A DNA stretch of 64,000 bases from Marsupella aquatica (lineage: Eukaryota; Plantae; Marchantiophyta): positions 4,435,708-4,499,707 of the forward strand of contig OZ316891.1 of assembly GCA_973895155.1 (NCBI GenBank), read 5' to 3'. Of the stretch, positions 1-13,086 are shown piece by piece. A model generated the notes under the pieces. It was not told the DNA's origin and did no database searches. It saw only the letters and a list, made by a program, of their open reading frames with translations. Each line of letters begins with the position of its first letter. Within the stretch, counting starts at the first letter, position 1. A program made the translations under genes and the position numbers.

Positions 1-207
1 ATTCCACAGGGTAATTGTAATCCACCTCTATCCCATCCACAAACAACTCCTCCAGTTCTCTTATGAATGGTTCTAAGAAAGCATCCAAGCATTTCAGCTT
101 TTTTTTTTCCTACGTCGTTGTCATCACATGGCGGGATAAAAAGAATAGGGATAGGCCGGTGGAATTTTGGTTTGAGACCCGGCGCTTAAAACTTGGACCT
201 CTACAGT
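1..207 (-). pseudogene. CACTA/EnSpm-type transposase remnant, continuation of the gene at 4056-5707 beyond LTR-A
   Basis: Manual minus-strand translation gives PIPILFIPP...LDAFLEPFIRELEELFVDGIEV, like the Transposase_21 (Tnp2) motif. It joins ...HKSTW at 4051 once LTR-A is removed; one frameshift. Confidence 0.8.
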
Positions 208-212
208 CCAGG

Positions 213-3200
213 TGTCGCACCCCTACCCTGGGCCTTAAATCCGGGTTAGTGTCGTGGTGTGACCTTGACCACCAGTAGGGGTGAGGGTTCGGGCAAGGAG
301 GTGTGTAGTGACCTTCATTAGCCCTAAGTCGGGCTAAACCGCTATACTTACTGGTATAACACTCGCATAATTTGTACTTGACATAGGTATATTTATTTTC
401 CACCGCTGGAATTTTCCCTCAGTTAGTGACGCAGACTAACTCCCGACTTGGGGCTTTTCAAGCCATCGACGTGACAGGAACTTGTGACATGCAATGAGTG
501 GCAATCCCTACCATTAGTCTGCACCCGGTACATCCCTTAAAATGGCGCCTTTGCCCGGACAAAGCATACACACAACACCAGTTACTCTCAGAAACATTAG
601 GGGGAAAAGACTACATTTACTCAGCGAAGCATCAGTTTACATGGTTGACTCGACTTCAAAGGGGGTCAGCAGGCCCAACGGCAGTCGATGCCCAGTCTCT
701 ATGAGGCCCTGCCTCGCACTTGCCCAGCAAGCTCGACTCTGGCTCTCACTCCTTGGTACGCTCTGACCCTACTCAGGCCGGGACTCCCCGTGCCTCGCCT
801 TTCTTTTGCTGAGATAACTAAGCCTTCTCCCCCTTCCCATCGCGGAAGGGGAAGCCTAAATACTACCATAGCGGAAGAGAACCGGAGGATACTACCTTCC
901 GGGGTACTACCTACTGACTAACTAACTGCTGACTACTGGTCGCGCTGCACTGACCGGTTGACCGTCGACTACGAGTGTGCCAACCGGAATGGCAGCGGCC
1001 AAGCCTACTGACAAACTCTAGTCCGTTGATGGACTCAATCCTACGTTGGCTGATCCTAATTGACCGGCCCTAATTCTTCCTACTGCCGCTAATTGGCGCC
1101 TAATGACATTCATTCTGTCGTTACGCCTAACTAAAAGATGCCGCTGACTTAACCGCCTCGCACGGCGCCTGCTTCTACCCTTTGCTAACTACCCCTTATG
1201 TGTGTGCAGTGGTTGGACCAGGGCTGGTCCCCTTGTCGGGGCGAGACCTCGAGCCGCCTTGATCAGAGGTGGGCCCAGGTTTTCCCCGCTAGAGGACGAG
1301 CAGGGTGACGCGGTCCTGCAAAGCCTTGTTGTTCCGTAATGCTTCCTCTGCCTCGTTTGTAGCTTCATCGGCTTCAGTCTGGAGCCGCGCCACCTCCAAG
1401 TTGAGCTGGTCGATGGTGTCGCGATGGACCTGGTCCTGTGCTAGCAATTTATCTCATTCGGCGGAGAGACTAGCCACCTGCTGTGCTGCCTACAGAAATT
1501 GTTTGTTGAGGTCGGTCAGGCTGGTAACCCGAGCCAAAGATTCTGAGCGTAATTGAAGCACGGTGTCGTCTAGCTTCTTGAGTTCGGCCTGCGCTCCGCT
1601 CAACTCCTGGGTTAGTCCGTCCCTCTGTTCGACAGTGCGGACTAAATCCTCGCGGCGGGTCGTTGCCTCTTCCTCGAGGTGCTCTACCAGCATCTGGAGA
1701 TGCCCGATCTCATTCCCCTTCGCCATGAGTCCTTCTTCCAAGCGGCTGACGATCCGTGGTTGGTGCTCTAACATGAAGAAGGCTGGCTGAAAGTACGCCG
1801 AGGCTTGTTGTCCGATGTATGTCGCCAACTCCCCAGACATAGTCTGGCTAAACTTCTGGACCAGGTCGTAGGCCATGGTCCCCGGGGCTACTTGGTAGTC
1901 CTCCATCCTCTCGGGTACCGGTGGTTCCTCGGCAGGGGCAATGAGCTCCTCCGTAGTCAGCGCTGGGGAGGGGAAGGTTTCTTCAGGTGGTGGAGGGATT
2001 GGGGGTGGTTGTACTGCAGGTAGCGGAGGCTCAACGGAAGGAGGCGGTGGAATTTCCACAGAGGGCGGTTGCGGAGTATTAGTCGGGGCTTCCGGCTCGG
2101 GGTTTGTCCGAGGGACAGTAGTCCGCGTAGTCGGGGTTGCCTCCTCTGGGGCGGGAGTGACATTATCCGGGGCTGAGGTGGCCGTATTCTTTCCTCTGGC
2201 CTCCCGCCGTGCCTTGTACCAGGCGAGGATAATGGCGATATGACTTCCCAAGTAAGTCTTCCCTCCAATAGCCATACCACCCTGAGCCCGCTTCAGCTCC
2301 CCCGAGAATCTTTGGTAGAAGAATTGGGCCCAGTTTCGTTGTTTATACTGTTCCACTTGCACGATCGTGCAGAGGGAAATCTCGGATCGTGGCTCAATCA
2401 TGTGTAGGGTAGTCCGTATGAAGTTAAGCCGCTCCATACAGGTTAAGTTGGTGCACGTCCCCTGCTTGTATCCGTTGTCCGTCTTACCCTCGGGTTTGAA
2501 GTGCCGCGGCGTATACTCCTTATCCCGAATTCGGATTTCCACCGGCACCGGCCCGGTTGGTAGGCCGAAAATTTGCGTTAACCGATGCTCCGTGAGTGAT
2601 AAGGTCTGCCCCGAAACCTTGGTGGTCGACGCATCAGTGTCGAAATTGGAGATGAACTCACAAATCTCCTTCGCCCCGGCGGCGCACGGCCTCCATAGTA
2701 AGTGGGCGAACCGCTCCAACTGATGCTCCTTGAGATAGTCCGCATGTTCAAGTTTCTTGATCGCGATCCAGACTACCTCGGGGACGCGGATTACCTGTAA
2801 TAAGTTGGACTTCGGGTTATCCGGGGGCCGTCGGGTCTGGTTGGTCGGGGGGTTTGCCGGGGCAGGTGCAGGCGCGGCGTCGGTCCGTGTTGATTCAGGG
2901 GCCGTCGTAGTCCTTGACCGCTTACGAGGATGCTGTTCGAGTTGCGGACTAGCTCGCTCGGAACCCGAAGGACACTCCGCGTTGATTACTGGACGGACTT
3001 GGGACTGGTTCGGCAGTACTCCGGTGGTCATCGGTTGAGGCGCTGGGGTAGCCATATCCCAATTGAAGGCGTTGGAGCTTTCCCCGAGGAACGTGAGATT
3101 ACGTGCCACTTCCCGTTGTCTGCTGATGTCTTCTTGGCACTTTTCGGCTGCGATTTGCTGGTCTAGGTACCTCGGAATCTTGTTGAACTCCGCTTGAGTA

Positions 3201-4050
3201 AGCCGCTGGTTGCCCTTCAGCTTAAAGAACTTAGCTGGAACCTCAAGAATCGCCTCTGCTACCGATCTAAGCCCTTCCTCGCTGAGATATAGTTCGGTGA
3301 TGTAGTCTCGCAGCTCGTTATAGCTAGAATCCCTGGTGATGGCTGTCCTTTCGCAATTAACCAGTGCTACCTTGGTTACCAGCTTCGCGTACCTTCGTTC
3401 GTAAGCGGCTTTCTCGGGGCAAGAGTACCAGTAAGTCTCGGAGAACTTAGCACCTACCTCACCAAACAAGGTCCAAAATCCCAAGGCTGTGAGGGTCATA
3501 CTAACCTCGTAGTCCGGTTCATTGCGTCCACGTTCCCACCTGGCTAGTCCTTTTTCGCGGAGGCCTCGCTCATCCTGACTAAATCTCGCCACATTCCGCT
3601 CTTCTCCCTCGATAATTTCCTCGTAAAGGTCGACTGGATTCAATCAAAAAGGCGAGCGGATGGCAGCGTTCGTGAATTCCAAAAAGGTAAACGTGAGCGA
3701 ATGGCCCGCAGTGCCATCGGCTCCTCTCTTATGGGGGTGCCAGGACGAGCCCGAGCGTGAGAAGGTCAGGCTGTTTGGTCATTAATAACGAGCTAAAGTC
3801 GGCGTCTCGGTCCAAGCGTGATTCTTCTAACTGATTTTTACTCCGCTGCCGCCACCGTACCTCGGTCGTGCGTAATAATCCCTTTCCTGAACTCGTAATT
3901 ATTCGATTATCTTAACCTACTCCTAATCTAATCATAATGGCAACTTGGCGGCTATACGTGCTATTCTACGCTATGGCTACGGTCCTTATGACCGTATAAG
4001 TCCTAATCTTCGACCTGGGTTCGGTCAAGTGACATGTTGCCCATGTCACA
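213..4050 (-). mobile_element. Solo LTR, family A (3838 bp), carrying an internal ORF
   Basis: TG...CA termini (tgtcgcac...atgtcaca); 5-bp TSD CCAGG at 208-212 and 4051-4055; interrupts a transposase frame; no gag/pol. Strand taken from the internal ORF. Confidence 0.9.
1196..3643 (-). CDS. LTR-A-encoded protein: conserved N-terminal domain, plant-transposon-protein-like (PF20167/PMD-related) domain, Pro-rich linker, coiled coil; premature stops near the C-terminus
   Basis: 717-aa open frame 1490-3643. It continues in frame past three stops to 1196 with EVARLQTEA (LTR-C has EMARLQTKA). Motifs EFISNF, IFGLPTG, DNGY, NWAQFF, IGGKTYLGSHI. Confidence 0.8.
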
Positions 4051-4055
4051 CCAGG

Positions 4056-5707
4056 TGCTTTTGTGGGCAGTCTTGGCAGACTGAAATCCATCCCAGTGTG
4101 CCATGAGTGCAATATTTCGGGGATCACCCTGCATGCGGTGGGTCATACTAGTTAGACAAAAGTTACCCTAAATACCCTGGTCTAACTAAATAACCCATAA
4201 ATACCCTAAACATACCCATACCATACCTTGGTCATACAAAAGTGCGCAACAACCGTAACGCAAGAAGAAATCACTAACCTTTGCAAAAAAAATTGGGGCC
4301 GTGACTCGAGATCTGCAATTTGAGCATTGGAAGTCGTATTGTTTGTTGATATTATCCCAGTTGGCAGTATCCAACAACTCAGGACATTTATTTGGTATTG
4401 TTGAATAGCAAGCATAACAGCTTTGGCATAACACGGGAATCTCAAACTATGTGCCAGTGTCCCAAAAGTAGGATAGCTCGGAAGCACGGTAGCCGTCCCA
4501 CCATTCCTTGTACACGGGTCTGGGCATGGAATCCTTCTTAAACCACTTATCTTTGTCCCTCCACATTGCCTGGAACGCATGACAAACAAACCGACTGCTA
4601 CATAACTTCCGCAACATGGGACCAATGGGGAAATATTCAAACCGGAGCATCTCCTTGCGAGCCGTGCTGCAACCATCCAATGGGCAACGTTCCGAACAAC
4701 GCAAACAATCCCTGGCTAGATGCCACTCGTCCCTGCAATTGAACAACTGCACTTCAATCCAGTTCGGACATTGTAGTCATCTTGGTGCGATGGCAGTAGG
4801 ACTACGAGAGCATGCCAGTTTGGCTTCTGTCCAATACACATTCTCCACCGCTGCATTTTTGGCATACCATATGCCTCAAACGTGCCACACAAACCCTTGA
4901 ATGATGACAATGCATCAATTCCATGGCGTCCTCCGTCCCATGTCACACCAGCGTGCCTCAGGAGTGCGCCCAGTCCTACATTTGTCATATCGAATGGAGG
5001 GTTGGGTGAAGGTGTCAAATTTGTAGATGGGGGAATCTGAATCTTCCCGAACAACATTTTCAAAATGCTATCCTGCAATGCCTGAGGCATTTTAGCCTCG
5101 TCAAGCATTGATTGTAACCTCCAAGTCTGTCGATAAATTGCTTCGTCCACGGTCAATATTCTTTGAGGCATTATGTGGATACCATACTGCATGGGAACTC
5201 GGGGGTCTCACTACATGGGGACCTCCCCATCACTTGCGACGTTTTTAGGCCTTGGACCCCCTAAAATGTAAGAAAAAAATATTATTTTTTAACCCCTTTA
5301 AAGTTGGAATATTCTTGGAATATTCCAAAAATTGGATTAAAAAGCCCCTAATGTTCTTATAAGTCTCAAAATTGAATTTAAAAGACCCTATTATTCTTCT
5401 AAAAAAAATCTTAAGTCTTCCCTTACAACCAATAAAATGACCCTATCCTTCGTCGCACATGATATGCCATTTTTGTGGAAGTGAAACCCCCGAGCATGGG
5501 AAGCGTCTGACCAATCCCATCAACATCCAGGTCCTGCAAATCGTTTCTTCCAACGTCATCATTCCCGTCTCCTCTTGTAAGTGCCCTGTACAACACAGTT
5601 GGGGTCGTATATCTGTGTTCTTGTCGGGACATTTGAACACCTGAGAAGCTAGCAAAATGACCGTCTTGATGCGATAGGCCATGGCCATCCAGATGCCCAC
5701 GGTCCAC
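4056..5707 (-). pseudogene. Degraded, spliced CACTA/EnSpm-type transposase, N-terminal half
   Basis: Fragments FEYFPIGPMLRKL...KEWWDG (4447-4752), Cys-rich segments and GDPRNIALMAHWDGFQS...STW (4051-4140, first catalytic Asp region); frameshifts; probable GT-AG intron ~5260-5426. Confidence 0.75.
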
Positions 5708-8057
5708 TAAAAACTTTGCAAGAATGACCCTGCCTGTCTTGTCATAGTTTGCATGTCATCTTCGATTCCTTGGGCTCACAAAATCATACCCATCCCGTAA
5801 GCGTGAACATTTGTACTGACAGGTGCATCGTTCCTTTGGTTCTGGCGTCATGGTGCACACTGCCATTCCTGTGTACAAAATATTGCAACAAAGTCGATTC
5901 AGAATTCCTCAGGAGGTGGATGTGCACGGTGGGATTGTTGGAAGGATGATTGGAGAAGTTCATTACTATGTTGAATACTGTGCATAATTAGGTAGGGCCC
6001 ACGACATTCATGACTCCGGGAAAGCATTCAAACGTCGTTGTTGCATGTGAGCGAATGTGCTAGGTGGGAAACCTTATCGTTGACCCTGCAAGCCCGGGGC
6101 CACTGCCTCTAATCCCTCTAAGGCAGTCACTCACCATGTTGAATTCATGCTTATGCTATTCAAATTTGAAGTTCATGTGCATGGTTTTCTTTCTTGGGCA
6201 GCTTACTTCGGGAGTTTATTGACATATTTGGTTCAATTTTACCTTACACAAAGTGCATGTTTTTTATTATTATTGGGACATTGAAATTGTTGTTGGGCCC
6301 TGTCTAGGTCTTTATTTATTTTGTATCCGACCCATCCTTTCTTACAATATGGTCTATGTAAATAGAATTGTCCTCCAAAGCTTTTTAATGGCATTCCGGA
6401 TCACCAAATGCATACCAGCTGGTTATAGGGGCTGGCCACGACATCAGCCATCTCAAATGTCACAAGATTAGTGTCACATGTACTAATTATTGTGTGACCC
6501 TGAAATTCCCTGCTGCAAGTGACACTATTTACTAGATCACCCCCATAACATACTATAGACCACTAATAAACATATATGTTGGCCACTTCTAGTTTCCTAC
6601 ACTGCTAAACGGTCCCCTCCCTAGTACCCCTTGTTAATATTGCAACTGCTCTGCATGTATTGGATTTGGGAAAGGAGGTTGAGGAGGCCAACCTAAACAC
6701 AGACACACCTCAATCCTCCTCATTTCATATCAGCAGGCTCCATTTGAACTCCTAACAGTCTCCCTCCCCAAATAAAAACCCTCCCACGTCACATCCCCTT
6801 GCAAAGAGCCTCCTCAATCTACGTGCTCATGTCAATTTGTTTTGGGGTTAAGGACCCCCAATGTACCATTTGAAAATACGTCATTGGTTGATACCCCTTC
6901 TTAAATGAAGATAGAGTGATTGCGCAATATATTGAAGTTTAAATAAGTAATGTAGACTATGGAATTATTCCTCTAGGGATATAGTGTAGCCTAATATTCC
7001 CTTTGTTAGTTCATTTTAGTACTAGTTTAGTTTACCTTTATGAAGTCTATAAGCTACCAGAGTTATAGACAAATTAACACAGGAATCTTGAACTATAATT
7101 TTCTAGTACTAGTTTACAAAAGGATCTAATGTGATAGGATAAGTAATGCTTTTACATAACAAGGCATTTTTAATGCATCAAACGATATACCTGGGGGGGG
7201 GGGGGTTTGTTCTCAGGGGGTTCACTTAATGTAGCAAAAGAGGGAGGGCCAAGGGATTCTACAAGTTTTGATTTTGATTGTATAATTATATAATCCGCTT
7301 TTCAATTCGTCAAACTTTAATAAAGTTTGAAATGTAATTGAGCTTCATTTGTAAAATGTTAAGTTACACACATCAATTCAGAGTCTATCTGCTTGTCACC
7401 AAAAGTAATCTAGCTTACTTGAATATAGAATGGCATGTATTTACTCTCGATCACTTTTTATATAGTGTCACACTCGTTAATGATGGTCAACCTTCAAAAT
7501 CCTTAGATTACGGATTATTAAATAATCCTTAAATTACCCTTCCATTGACATATCATACTAGCTAGCCTTCACTACCTATTCTTTGCACTTGAAACATGAA
7601 TAGCGGAGAGGACTTATAAATCATGACAAATGGCATACATGCTTATTATTTGACATACTGGTCATGAGTTTTCTCATCCACATGATGAGCCATGGAGTTC
7701 CATTTTAATTTAGAGGTTTCACTCTAGCTAGGAGCCTAGACCCAAACTCTAGGTTGTAGTTGGCGCTTTATAAGTTCTATTGTTAAGGGACTGAGACAAT
7801 TGGTAGCTACCTAGCTACCTCCCAAGTTCACCTTAGGATCACGGAACTTGTTGTATACATGCATCTGCGAACATGCATGTTTGATTTAATCACTCTCTCA
7901 AAAAGGAATAGGAAGGTCACAAAACCCACCAATCATTTATTGACATGTGTAGACCAATGAATTGTGTGATGAAAAGTGGGACTTTTTGAATTGTTACCCC
8001 CTTACTTCATCCCTACTTCTAAGCACTTCCTTACAAATTAATAATGACTGAAACGCC

Positions 8058-8680
8058 CCTTACTTTGGTGCACATGATGTCAACATTTAATTTGTGGAAG
8101 TGACACTCCCCCCCACCCTAAGCTACCTCCATATTTCATCCTTAAATTAATTAACCTTCCCCATATGCATGCATGCATATATGTGCGCAAGTCTTAGGGT
8201 TTAGGGTTAGGGTTTCTAGGGTTAGGGTTTCTAGGGTTAGGGTTTCTAGGGTTAGGGTTTCTAGGGTTAGGGTTTCTAGGGTTAGGGTTAGGGTAATGAA
8301 TAAAAGGCCCCTTACTTCATGTGCACATGATGTCAACATTTAATTTGTGGAAGTGACACTCCCCCCCACCCTGAGCTACCTCCATATTTCATCCTTAAAT
8401 GAATTAACCTTCCGCATATGCATGCATGCATATATGTGCGCAAGTCTTAGGGTTTAGGGTTAGGGTAATGAATAAAAGGGCACTTACTTCATATGTTTAG
8501 GGTTTAGGGTTTAGGGTTAGGGTAATGAATAAGAGGGCGCTTACTTCATGTGCACATGATGTCAACATTTAATTTGTGGAAGTGACACTCCCCCCCACCC
8601 TGAGCTACCTCCATATTTCATCCTTAAATTAATTAACCTTCCATATATGCATGCTATATGTGCGCAAGTGTTAGGGATAA
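8058..8680. repeat. Three ~240-bp tandem units with embedded telomere-like repeats
   Basis: Unit core gtgcacatgatgtcaacatttaatttgtggaagtgacactcccccc near 8070, 8320 and 8550; TTAGGG/TTTAGGG and (TTAGGGTTTCTAGGG)x5 at 8194-8293; shorter tracts at 8446-8466 and 8496-8522. Confidence 0.9.
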
Positions 8681-10898
8681 GGGTGTGATGAGAAGAAGGG
8701 TAGTTACGGACCCCCATAGGAAGTTGCATCCAGAATCCCTGGAAGATTGTGCATGCTGCCACATCAATCAATACTATTGGTGAAAAGTTGTGCATGCACT
8801 TCTTCCATGAATAATGTACTCGTTTTATCCTCTCATCTCCATATTTGATCTGTCACCTGCTTATCAAACGATTTACACGACAAATACGTATTTACTCCTA
8901 CTAAAATCGTTTGTTATCGTATGACGGGAACGTGGAGGGACGCTATTAGGATTCTATTGCATGTAGGATGAGTATGTTTATTTCCGCTCTCGGAAATGTA
9001 CATTTTGATCAAGTCTACCGACTAGCCGCTCTACTTTTGATCAAGTCCCATGGACTACGCCACACTCACACTCCTACTGGTCGTAGGTGGAGTGTTGTCT
9101 AAGGACCAAACCGTGCAAGGATTCTTTAGACACTTCTTGGGGAAAGAATACAATCGTGAACCAAAAAAGGTAACACCACACCAAAACTTGAGGAATCAAA
9201 CCAAATCCATATCTTTTGGCAAAACGTCGTAACACATTGCAAGGACAACCCGACCTCCTGCCGTCTGCCCAACTATTGCCTCACTGGGGCAAGTGCTACA
9301 CCTCTACCTCACTACTCTGGCTTGATTCCCTCTTCTGGCTATGAGCTAACTTCCCTAAGCAAACACTAGACTAAGTACCCCCCCGTTTCACTACGGGGCT
9401 CCCCCCTAAATACTGAAAAAAAACACCAAAGCACCCCTCACGGAGTGGCAACAACAGCGGCAACCCTAGCGGCGCCGCCAAAAAACATCTAAGAGATAAA
9501 CTAACCTAAAGCGTGCGGCACACACATGCTGTGAAAAAAACCCTAGCCCACTACGGTACCAACGGTGCCTTCGCCGGTACTAACATCCAATCCGTAGTGC
9601 ATAAAAACAAGGTCCTACACTAGTCTTTACCAGACTCACTGACTGAACCAGGGCTCCACACCCTGGAATCCTCACCTCCACCGCTTTCTCCAGAAGGGGA
9701 GGCCTCACTCTTAACCTGCCATACCGGGGGAGTCCGGGCGGGAGTCCGACCGGAAGTGCTCCACTTCCTCAATGCAGCCAAGGATTGCCAAGCCTTCACA
9801 TAACCCTGGCCAATAGTGTCCTTCCATAAGGCAGCTTCTTCACCTCCCTGCAACTACAAAGGTAAGACCTGGCCGGTAGCCAGAGGGTCGATTGCAAGCT
9901 TGAGGGGGGCAAAAGGACGCAAAAAGGATCACCAAAATGGAGAGGTAGTCCTTGTGGTGATACGAAGATCAACGATCAAGATTGAAGGATAGTGGGGCCA
10001 CCAAGGACTTCAACCCCGTGAAGGAATTAATGACGCGTATCCACACAAAAGGACATCACATCATTTCTAGCCACTAAGGTCCTTCCACGGAGAAGAAGGA
10101 GGGGACCAGTTCCGTCATTCCCGCAGTTTGAAATCGCCGCCAAGTTTGAAATAGCCGCGCAGCTTCCGTGCCATCCGCGGGTGTCCATCAACGGTGAGGA
10201 ATTGGCCGCTGGGGCCTGCTGTGCCTTAGATTTCCAGATGTTCGGGAGGCTTTGGGGATACTCAATGACAATGGCGGGGGGAGTGAACGCCGAGTAGTGT
10301 CGCAAAGTAGTTTGTTTGGGAGGCTTTGGGGATTGTCAACGACAGTGGTGGCGAGACTGAACGTCGCAAAGTAGTGGATGTTGGTAGAAAATGTTGACAA
10401 TGAGCGTTGAGGAGTTCCGTCAAATGTTTCAATTGTAGTGCTTGAAGGAAACATAGCACTGCGGACTCTCTATTCTTTCAAATCTTTTCTAAGGTGGTGC
10501 GGTTTGGTGACTTTGGTTTAGAGCTCGGGTAAGCAAATGTTGCTTTGTTGCAGTTTCAACCAATTCTAGACAGACCTTCATATTCCTGACAGTCGCAACG
10601 CGTTCGGCGATAGGTGCTTGTAAACTCAAGAACTTTCAAATCAGCGATGGTGAAAATGTTGCATACATGGTGTTTGACATGTTGTGGGCATGCAGAGTTT
10701 GCGCAGGTTTGGGTGGAAGTGCTACTTCATGAGCGTGACGTGCTCCACAGGCTAGACTGAGGGTACGCTTGTAACTTTGATACCTAATTATGCACCACCT
10801 ATTCTACTTCCTTTCATCGATATTTGACGTAACCTTCTCTACTTTAGATTTACCAGAACTCTCATTAGATTTCATCGATATTTGTCGTAGTTGTTTTG

Positions 10899-13001
10899 AT
10901 GGATACCCCACTTCCATTGCCCATTGATGGAGGTGAGGGTGTAGGGTCATTAGAAAACTCTCCTCAAGAATGGTCAACCGGGTCTGTGTTAGTCAACAAA
11001 CTCTCTAAAGGAAAACCCAGTTCAGACGATTGTGGTGCTCGAGCGGTAGCATCTATTGAGAAATCTAAAGGTAGAGTCAAGCCAGCTTCAAAGGCAATAG
11101 ACAACGAATGGGATCCAGCCGGGTCTGTGTTAGTCAAACTCTCTAAAGGAAAACCCAGTTTAGATGATTGTGTTGCTCGAGCGGTAGCATCTATTGAGAA
11201 ATCTAAAGGTAGAGTCAAGCCAGCTTCAGAGGCGACAGACAACGAATGGGATCCAGCCAATTTTTACAAGGACGCTTACTTCTTTGCTACCCAGTTTGGC
11301 CTTCCAAATGAAGGTGAAAATCTCCATAGAAATTTTCGCTTACCAACATTTGCTTACCATCGCTGATTTGAATGCTATTTTCTCAATGAGATTTCTATGG
11401 AAGAAATGCTAGTCACGTGCTTTGGAGATAAGGGACAGAGCGGTTACAAACTAGGTAGTTGCACAGGCTTGCCACAAGAGGATGTCTTACATTTATCCCA
11501 AGTTGTCGATGGATATGAAAAGCCGGTCAATGGAGTGTTGGCACATACATTTGTTAAGGGAGTGTATGCTGAGCGAGTGTTTGGGAGGACAGTTAATTGG
11601 GCCGCATACGCTACATCTAAGTTGAAAGGCCAGATTGTTCAATGGCATAGAGAAGGCAAAGGTAAGCCTAATGGCCCCCCTTGTGTAAGGAAGACTGGTC
11701 GTGTCTATAAGCGCGCAGATGCACAAGTTATTGAGGATGCAATTCATGAGGCAGTTCCTCCCCGAGTTCCTTCAGGCCTCTCTTTGAAAGAGCCAACAAT
11801 GAAGTCTCCAATCCCCGAGAGCGGATGGCCCGATGTTCTTTCCTCGAAAAAGTTCCTGTTGAGCTACTTGGTACTGCATCTGCCTCCCCTATTCCATTGG
11901 TGCGGCCAAGTCCTTCCACTCTTGCGCAGTCGCCAAGTACCCCCCCTCGTGCCTTGTTACTATCCATGCTTGAATCAGAAATGTCATGGAGTAAGAACCA
12001 AGTAAGAGAGGCCCGCGAAGATGTTCAGAAACTTCTTCGAAGCCTGGAAAATTTGAAATCTTCAGAGTGCGACCGGCGAAGTGCACTACAGCGGATTCAT
12101 CATCAAATTTGCAAACTAGAGGAGGAGTTGAAGCTTGTAAAGGATTCAGTATCAAATGAAGAAGAGAAGCATGAAGAAACCATGAATGCCATTGAGTTGG
12201 AAGAAGGCAACCAATGTGAAGACGATGAGGTTTCACTCTGATCAATTTCCACATTAGTTTTTATTGCACTTTCTATTTATTCTCTTCACTAACGTTGGAA
12301 ATCTGAGATTAGTAGCTTGCAGCTAATATAATTTGTGAGTTGATGAATGACACTCTGTTTTTTATTCTTTGTGACAGACCCCCAACGATTACTTGACACA
12401 CCTTCAGACTGATCTGAAGCAGCATGAGGCCACAATTGAGATGTTGAACTCCCGGTCAAGATCAATTTCAGATGAGTTGACTGTGTTGAGGACGCTCCAC
12501 ACCGACAAAGATCATATGTTCAAAGACTTGCCAAGCAAGGTGGCAAGATTGACCAAAGTCGTGGAAGAAAGGGAGATTGTCATTAAGGGGGTGGAGGAGC
12601 TTCTGGAAGCTCAATCTCAGGAACATTCCATTTTAAACAAAGTTTTGAAGCATCCTTGCCCTGTGTTAGCTCCTCGTTTTATTCCTACTTCTTGTCGATC
12701 TGTAGGAGTCCAAGCTTCACTTACTGTTTGTCCAGTGTGTTGCAATGGGTTTCATTGCTTCAACTGGATTCCAACATCTTGTCGGCACACCTACCATCCG
12801 AGTTGTCTGTTTCCAATACTCGGTTCATCAGAACAGAGTGCTAAGTGTTTGGCATGCTCCTATGCCTTCAGTGATGATTGGTTGCAAAGTTGGGGTTTGC
12901 CAAGTTCATATGTATCACCAAGTCCGGTTGAATCACGACATTCTTACATAACAAACTTAAAAGATATGTATGGGAAGAAGGGCAGATGTTTGGGAAGATG
13001 A
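10899..13001 (+). pseudogene. Cargo gene: plant-transposon-protein/PMD-like domain, coiled coil and RING-H2 finger; disrupted
   Basis: QFGLPNEG, GYKLGSC and VNWAAY motifs; heptad-rich segments at 11960-12241 and 12393-12650; RING CPVC...CRHTYHPSC...CLAC; stop/frameshifts; probable intron ~12230-12377; 138-bp tandem duplication at 10968-11258. Confidence 0.7.
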
Positions 13002-13086
13002 AGAGAGGTTTCACGGATAGTTCAATCACCTCAATCACAGGTTTGAATTTGTGAAGCAATCTTCTGAATTATTTGTGCCTGCACTT

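Noticed and set aside
8151-8339. ORF with TLETL repeats, or a true chromosome end
   Set aside because: It is just the translation of a ~100-bp telomere-like tract with complex sequence on both sides.
9860-9910. Exact Sola2 termini and 4-bp TSD
   Set aside because: The inverted repeats are too degenerate; no end pair gave both matching termini and a duplication, so the ends are left approximate.
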